A stretch of DNA of 63,807 nucleotides, filler included, from Parasitella parasitica NRRL 2501 (Eukaryota > Fungi > Mucoromycota), in the NCBI GenBank assembly GCA_025201805.1. It is 7 parts of 7 records of this genome, joined end to end, with 100 filler letters (N's around TTAATTAATTAA, not from the genome) between each part and the next. Parts side by side here need not be neighbours in the genome. Positions count along the whole stretch, not along the records: positions 55,030 to 58,006 come from MU619511.1; positions 58,107 to 60,158 come from MU619355.1; positions 60,259 to 62,560 come from MU619570.1; positions 62,661 to 63,807 come from MU619377.1; 3 more parts are not named here. One strand, written 5' to 3'. The stretch's first letter is position 1. Every line of letters starts with the position of its first letter. The notes beneath the pieces are model-generated. The model was not told the DNA's origin, ran no database searches, and was given only the letters and a program-made list of their open reading frames with translations. Shown here one piece after another: positions 56,595-63,807 of this stretch. The translations under genes were made by a program, and so were the position numbers.

Positions 56595-57150
56595 CACTAT
56601 GGTCTCGCCGATGTTCTCATAAGAATATAGATGTGCATGAACGGGAACATTTTTTAGAGCCAAAAAAAGTGCTTATCGAGCTAGGTTAAGGCGATAAATG
56701 TGCTCATCATGCGAGAACAAAAATTGAAACATCTTAAATGATCACATTTTTATGCTTAAATGAGTACATAAATTACTAGTTTCATAGGCTTAAAGTTACT
56801 CTCAAAAGGCTTGAAAAAATGTGCTCATGAAGCGAAAATGTGCCCGCACACTCAAAAAAATGTGCTCAAAAAAGTAAAATTTGCGTATACAAATGTAGCT
56901 TTAGCTTTTGTTTTTTTCTCAATTTTTATAGTATGGACCAGAGTAATTTATTATTACTTTGATTTCATATTGTCACATAACAATATTGTCTTGATTATGT
57001 AGCCTTTGGTTCACACAGGCAATGATGGAAAACAGTGCAAGGTTAGCTATTACCCGATTTGAAATTGAAGCAGCCGCTGAGGTATTTGCTATATACNNNN
57101 NNNNNNTGAGCACATTTATGTTTACCGAGAACATCCAGGAGGCCATAGTG
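56595..57150. mobile_element. CACTA (EnSpm/CMC) non-autonomous DNA transposon
   Basis: Termini CACTATGGTCTCGCCGATGTTCTC ... GAGAACATCCAGGAGGCCATAGTG (20/24 match), with 3-bp TSD GAC at 56592-94 and 57151-53. The uninterrupted target is present at ~36365-36425 (rc). Confidence 0.88.
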
Positions 57151-57561
57151 GACTAAGTTAGATATGACATATGTAGCCTTTATATGGATACAACATATAT
57201 AATATAAAGAAAGTAATAAAGACTTAATTTATCAGATACAAAACTATTGATTTATTGATTAACAAGAAGCTGTCTATTTACATTATTAGAATAAATCTAC
57301 CTGAATCAATAATCTATAAAATACAATCAGGTCATGTTTGACATTTAATTGTCATGTCAAACAAGATTATAACACAGTAGTAGTCAGAGCAAGACATATC
57401 TCTATATTTAATCAGCTAATCGTTATGAATGTGAATCCTTCTTCATCGATAAGTTGAGCTTCGCAATTTAGAATATAAGTAAAACCCAAATAGTATGCAA
57501 GGTATTCTATAGATTACTTCTATTTTTACTAGTTAGAATATTCGATGCCATTTAACCTTGG

Positions 57562-57795
57562 TGATCTGCCATAATTATAGATAGGAGATCATGGCAATGT
57601 ACTTCAATTGAAGATTGAAGATTGTCCAATGATGTGATGTGATACGCTTGTGTAAATTGGAGAATAAAGTCTCTGTTTCAAATCAAGAAGGTTATTCCTG
57701 TAAGTAACACAGATCTGAGCACCAGGATAAAGGTTAAGGCTCTGTCAGATCAAAGACGTGTAGCCCTTGCTGTATAACCTCATATCGTACCCTGT
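57562..57795 (-). repeat. Partial family-A LTR-like repeat
   Basis: Reverse complement of the 3' half of 37465-37883. Confidence 0.8.
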
Positions 57796-58106
57796 GATGT
57801 ATATTTCAGATATTTCAATACAATAAAAAGAGACTTGTAATAATTCACAGCTTTCAACTGTATCCGAACAATAAAAGAAGTATATCGTTTATTATGATAT
57901 AAATACCCTGTATTTATATCTTCAATTATTTACTACAACTGAGATGGTAGCTGTAATAACCAATAGATTAATGTGATAGTATGTTGTCACTGTTGATGAA
58001 CGAATANNNNNNNNNNNNNNNNNNNNNNNNNNNNNNNNNNNNNNNNNNNNTTAATTAATTAANNNNNNNNNNNNNNNNNNNNNNNNNNNNNNNNNNNNNN
58101 NNNNNN

Positions 58107-58138
<32 letters not shown>

Positions 58139-58163
58139 GACCGGATCATTGCTGTAATACATA

Positions 58164-59177
58164 CCAAATGTAATCCAAGTGTACCAATTGTTGTTGGGCT
58201 GAAATGTTTGATCTAGTACCAAGGCAAAATGAATAATAACAATAGCCTGGAAGCAGATGAATGTAATCATGCGTCCTTCGCTTTCTGTGCTTCCGGCTGT
58301 CCTTGCAAAGTAGAGCATTGGAAGCATAAATATTGTAACAGCAAGCTGGATCCATGTGTCCCATTTGGACCCATTTTCTTTGATGGCAAATTGAATGAGA
58401 TAAAAGATAGAAATCAAGAATTCGGTAAAGATGTCTATCTTCAATGCTAGTACAAAAAACTGAAATACTCTGTACATCTTTTGAATGCGCACGTCGGCTC
58501 CAATCTTCTTGTAAATATTCCATCCAAACTGTTTAGACATTTCGTAGCTAAGATAAGACATGATGATGGCAAATGCAAGGATGGTAGCGGCCAGTGCAAT
58601 CTCCATTTTCTCTGCGTTTGCTAATGGCCAGACTGGGTATTGTGTTTGGCGTAATTGATTTAACCATTTCACGCCGTCCACGACTTCTAATGCTCCAAGG
58701 ATAGCACAAAAGCAATTCAATACTGCTAGCACCAAGATTTCTGCTGTATTTTGATAGACAGTCTATAATATAAGCCGTTATACGTTAGTTGAAGATTTGA
58801 CATGAGGCGCCTGATCTTACTGCATCTACTGCCATCCCAAAGAACCAGGCTTGAAATCCCATGAACGCAATATTTTCCCATTTGATTCGGCCTAGTCTGT
58901 CTTTGGCTCTTAATGGAATTGCATCTGCACTTGATGTCGTCGATGACAGAAGGTTTGAAGCATCCGTCAAGTCTGGTAATAAATCTGCTTGTAACGTATT
59001 TTGCGAGCAGATAAATGCTTGAAGTGTTATGATAAAGACGCATTGAACTAATGCCATGATGATGTACAGTTTCGACCAGCGAGTTTCTGTAATACGTCGA
59101 ATCTATGCTTTAATAGTTTAGTTGGTGCATACTATAGTAACAACATATGCATTTACTATCTTATTCAAGGTCACCAT
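58164..59177 (-). CDS. Conserved fungal multi-pass membrane protein (UPF0658-like), 3' end lost in a gap
   Basis: 'QFGWNIYKKIGADVRIQKMYRVFQFFVLALKIDIF' and several TM helices. Confidence 0.8.
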
Positions 59178-60258
59178 AGCTTTGGTCACTATTATATATT
59201 ATACGGAAAGTGTGGTAAAAAGAATATAAGGCAATGTTACAAGAATGACAGCAAAGCCAGTTGCTGTAGCAATTAAAAAAAGGTGGACAAGGTTTATCAA
59301 AGTATATGCAAATTTTTATAAAATATAAAAATGAAGAGAGAGAGAGAGAGAGAGAGAGAAAAAAAAAAGGCTGTGCTAGGTGTATTTATATCCTTGAAGA
59401 TTTCTGATCATTGCAATTATCTTTATTAATTTCGTTTGTTGCACTGAGCAAATTTCTTGTGTAGCAGAGAAACACCAAGCAAGTTGAAATGTAGCACGAT
59501 CGTTCAGCAGACTCTAAAAATAACAAAAAAAAAAGCTGATTAGTGTTGATAGACCTTACAAAGACTATACACGTCGACAACTGTGAACCGTTAAAGATTT
59601 CGTATACAAGTAGCCCACAAAGATCTATATGTAAATATTACTTGTAGGACACACATGGATTTGTGATTGAGCATAATTAACTTTCTTTGTGGGTGTGATA
59701 TAAGTGTCAAATGGTATATGCTCTGCTAGTTTTCTACTTTTAGACTCCAAAAGGCATGCATGCCACTTCTTTTGCGCTCTAAAACTTTAAACAAATTCGC
59801 TGTTATGTGTTGTTATCTCAATGTCGGGGAAAATTGATTTTACAGTGGACATTTATGGCTAATGTCTCGATATAAGCTCCTGAATCGTATATATCTATCA
59901 TGGCATTCACCCAACGCTTTAATTCTTAAACCGTGAGCAAAATGCCTGTAGACACAAGTTTTGTGAACTTTGTATTTCAAACAAGATTGTAGGATGCCAC
60001 GAAATATATAGAGCTAAAACTCTGAGCCAAGATGTGTATATTGAAGAGCTATTATGTGTAAACATGCGCTCAGCTGCATGATTCTTCTATTGCAAGACGC
60101 ATGATCGTTATCAAAAAAAAAAAAAAATATAAATGTGATTTTTCTCGGTTATTACGTTNNNNNNNNNNNNNNNNNNNNNNNNNNNNNNNNNNNNNNNNNN
60201 NNTTAATTAATTAANNNNNNNNNNNNNNNNNNNNNNNNNNNNNNNNNNNNNNNNNNNN

Positions 60259-62340
60259 GTTACAGTTGTGTATGATGACGTTAGCACATAATGTTAGTTT
60301 ATATAAATACATCCAGAGGATGTATTTCAAATAAAAGTGTAACTCTTTGGCAGATTCATTTTACTGACTCATTTTGACATAACACTTTTTTGAATCACCT
60401 TATCATTTTTTACACTTTAACAATTACAATGAACCCCCAACAAAACAACAAGACTGAAACTTACGCTGCTATTGCAGCACGCGCTACTGGCTCACGCCAA
60501 GCTACTCCTCGCCGAAGCAACTCGCTTGCATCTGGTAACCGTTCGTGTCGTTCATCCGACATGAACGTGGACTCTGACACCCAAATGTCTGATAGACAGG
60601 AAGACCGTACTAGCTCCGTATCGAGCAATATTGCTGCTTTACGTGAAGCTGAACTCGATGAGAATATCGAGAGGGAATTGAGCGATGACGCTATTCCTGT
60701 GGACACGCGCTCTGTAATGAGTGATAGTGTCGAGTCGGATCTCTTGTTGCATCAAGAGATGAGCCCTCTAGATGAGGAGCACCGACGCCGTCAATTTTAC
60801 CATGATCTTATGGTATTGAAAGACGATCTCTACAGGGCATCGCATTTAGCGATGATGAACCCTGATAATGAGGCATATGCCAATCGTGCAAAAGCATTGG
60901 AAAAACACTTTGAGATAATCAAGTCTAACTAAAATGTGTTGTTTGCAGACTTGCTCAAGACGACAGTTTCTCCTCCTACTCCCACGGTAGTACAGGCCTT
61001 GATTGTGCCCACTGATACCCCTTTGTTGTTCCAATGGAAGAAGGGTGAGATTGTGGATAGTAGCAATCGTGTCTTTGCTACTATGGACGAATGTCTGTCC
61101 AGATTCAGGGATGTTGTTGAGCTATGTGGTCTAGACATCGATTCTAACTGGCAAGGAATTATTAAACCTCAAATGCCTGCCAACATGGCTGCATGGACTC
61201 ATGCATTGATCAAGGAAACTCCCAAGATGAATTGGTCAGATTTTACGAACAAGTTGAAAGAGAAGTTCAGCATGTCTGTAGAAGCTCAAAAGCGCGATGT
61301 TCAAATGAAGCTAAAGCAAATGAAGTTGAGAAAGAGCAAGAACCTTGAAGCTTATATCGATAGGTTCAATTCTCTCAAGGATCAAGAGACCTTGATTGAC
61401 CATTTGCTCCGTGGTCTGAATGCAGACATTTTTACAGTGCCTTTTTTCTGAATATCAATCAATTAAGCGATATAAAAAATCGTACATTAGATTATGCAAT
61501 CTCACATTTGCGTATTATGTACAACCTGTTGGTAAGAGATACTTTTTACCAAGAGCAATTGCGAAGAGAGGAGAAGATGTTACAACAAAAGATAACTCGA
61601 AACCTACGAGAAATGATGCGTAACCAGCACGATTGTCGTGGTAGTACTTCGGGAAAGCAGCATGCTTTCTCTTACACTAGTAGTAGGGGTAACACGAAGC
61701 CGTATGCTCATCCCTGTACTTCTAAGAGTCTTGGAAAAAGCCAAATCCCCGTGCTGAAAAGCCCCATGGTAAGCAACGCCATGACTATGATAAGAGTAGT
61801 GGCAATACTCCAGAAAGCTTTGCCTGTGGTTTTACACCATTAACTTAGGCTCATAAAGCTGTGTGTAAGAAAACCCCAGACAACATGAAATATAAACGGG
61901 AGCAGAAGCAGCAGCAGAAGAAGGGTAGTACATCCAAGAGGATTGTCCCCAGACCGGCACCTCGAGATAGCAGCAGTGAAGATAATGCCGATAATAATGA
62001 TTCTTCGTCGTCCTCAGACGAGAGTAATCAAACCTTTGCTGTGGCTACAATAGCTAACAAGAACAAGAAGGGGAGAAAAGACATCAATGATATGGATCTT
62101 GATTGTAAGCATCTCAATAGTGATTATTTTAGACAGATGCTTAGTAATAATATGAACACTAATGGCCTTCTTTATCTACCTGTTATTCTAAACTAAAATC
62201 CCAAAATGGTGTTAAAGTCACTATTTGGTTCCTGCTGGACATTGGATGCACTTTTAGTGCTATCTCCTCTCAACTGGTTGAGTTTATGCGTCTAGATGTA
62301 GTCAATAAAAATGGTGTCATGAACTACGCCTGTCAAAGTA
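60259..62340 (+). mobile_element. Degenerate Ty3/gypsy LTR retrotransposon: LTR 3' part, gag and protease
   Basis: LTR end ..GACATAACA at ~60384. gag from 60429 has stops and frameshifts ('VPTDTPLLFQW', 'NWSDFTNKLKEKF', Cys/His knuckle remnant ~61820-61870). Protease-like 'LLDIGCTFSAIS' at ~62232. Confidence 0.8.
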
Positions 62341-63302
62341 TATCAAGAATTCATGCAGATCGAGATTATGTCATTGTGTAGATCACATGTGATTCATGCA
62401 TACTCAAGCACTGCATAATCATAAACCATGTAATGTTCCACAGTTCAAGACAAACACCAATCAAGACTTATGCCAAGCTTCTCATGTTTCGATATCCCAC
62501 ACCAAGTGAAACCAACACCAATCAAGACTCACGCCAAGCAATCAATGTTACCCACGACTCNNNNNNNNNNNNNNNNNNNNNNNNNNNNNNNNNNNNNNNN
62601 NNNNTTAATTAATTAANNNNNNNNNNNNNNNNNNNNNNNNNNNNNNNNNNNNNNNNNNNNTTTCTTATCTTTTTACATTTCTCTTTTGTTCTCTTCCTTT
62701 TATATATCAAAATACTGCTACTACTTACTGATGTAACAGCAAAAGCAGATTAAAACCAATCAATTCAAATTATAAACGCGAATTCAATCTTAGTTGTCGA
62801 TAGACTGGTAGGCTATTATCGCGATAAACAACAAAATCATTTCTCACGCTGGGCATTTTAACAGTATTCGTAACCTGTTTGCAACCAAAATTCAACAAAA
62901 AAAGCTATAAAGGCATATCAATTACAGCAAATTAATGCAACATCTAATCATCTGAAAGCTTTAGTCGCTAAAATTCAACATCTGTGAGTAGATTGTGGAT
63001 TTATTGCAAATCGTAAAAAAAAAAAAAAAAAATGGACAAGGTATGCGGGTAAAAACATGTTAAACTTTATTTTTTGTTGGAAAATGCTGATTTTAAGAGT
63101 AGGAAAACGAAGATGGCAATATTGGATGAAGGGATAAAGTGAAATAATATGTAAATGATGGATCAAGAGTACATTATATGTCGATTGTGGACTGGTTAAC
63201 GCTGTAATGTAAGTACAGACATGCTAATTGTCTATATTTTGGGGTGTGGTAAAATGAATACGATTAAAATTCAATGGTGGACATTTGAAACAAAAAATGT
63301 AC

Positions 63303-63364
63303 ATGTCTTTTAAATGTCTTTTAAATGTCTTTTAAATGTCTTTTAAATGTCTTTTAAATGTCTT
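63303..63364 (+). repeat. 11-bp tandem repeat (ATGTCTTTTAA)n, ~5.5 copies
   Basis: Directly visible in the sequence. Confidence 0.9.
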
Positions 63365-63807
63365 ATGTTGTGATGAACCATTGTAACAATAAAAAATGAA
63401 AAACGCAAATCGAATTTGGGATGTAAATGTATGATAACTCGATATCATCTGCTTTGATCAATGTCTTTAAATAAATTTTAATTGAATGTAGACATGTTGC
63501 ATTATAAATCGCACTGTATTTTTTTTAGATCTTCTATAGAAAATACATTAATAATAACTGTATCAACATGGATCAATTGCATTCTTCTGTGCAAAATATC
63601 AAGTATTCTACTAGTTATTTTTATGTGATGTAGTATGTATATGATGAAATTTCCTACTAACTGAAGAACATCTTTTTTTATTGCCTTGGTGTTACCTTTT
63701 CAGTAATTTTTTTGAGTTCTTGGTGACGAATTAAGCACTCTTCTTGTTCACAGTGATATTCTTAAATGCTTGGTGATGAATCAATCACTTATTCTATTTT
63801 TAGTGAT

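Noticed and set aside
55045-57002. Duplicated 63-aa ORF MKKCAHEAK...
   Set aside because: Chance ORF in CACTA subterminal repeats; the duplication is probably an assembly overlap.
63303-63364. Tandem repeats as a possible CRISPR array or telomere (also 14125-14148 and 14533-14566)
   Set aside because: No unique spacers, few copies, internal position and eukaryotic context. These are simple minisatellites.

Overview
Intron-rich, AT-rich fungal DNA that looks like Mucorales (ATP18, SNAPc50, TRAP1, short introns). It is a draft scaffold, and several gaps contain an artificial N-TTAATTAATTAA-N linker. Housekeeping genes (PAP1, bZIP, NNR1, ACS, ATP18, CK1, GalE, SEC31, yippee, SNAP50, TRAP1, a sphingomyelinase-like gene, a CHFR-like E3) are interspersed with transposon debris (Tc1, LINE ORF1, DIRS-like gag, gypsy gag-protease, solo-LTR-like repeats, a CACTA element). 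The standout is 1-2960: the 3' part of an intron-containing Fanzor (eukaryotic TnpB-type RuvC nuclease) with an intact D-E-D triad. An omegaRNA-like fold (two hairpins plus a pseudoknot) overlaps its stop codon and ends exactly at a spliceosomal donor (CAG|GTAAGA). A perfect TACTAAC branch point follows, then an AG-free subterminal region up to the putative mariner-like right end (...CAACTG|TA|G). I infer that the spliceosome joins the scaffold to a guide across the transposon end, or trims the RNA. A younger Tc1 element has inserted into this putative intron.
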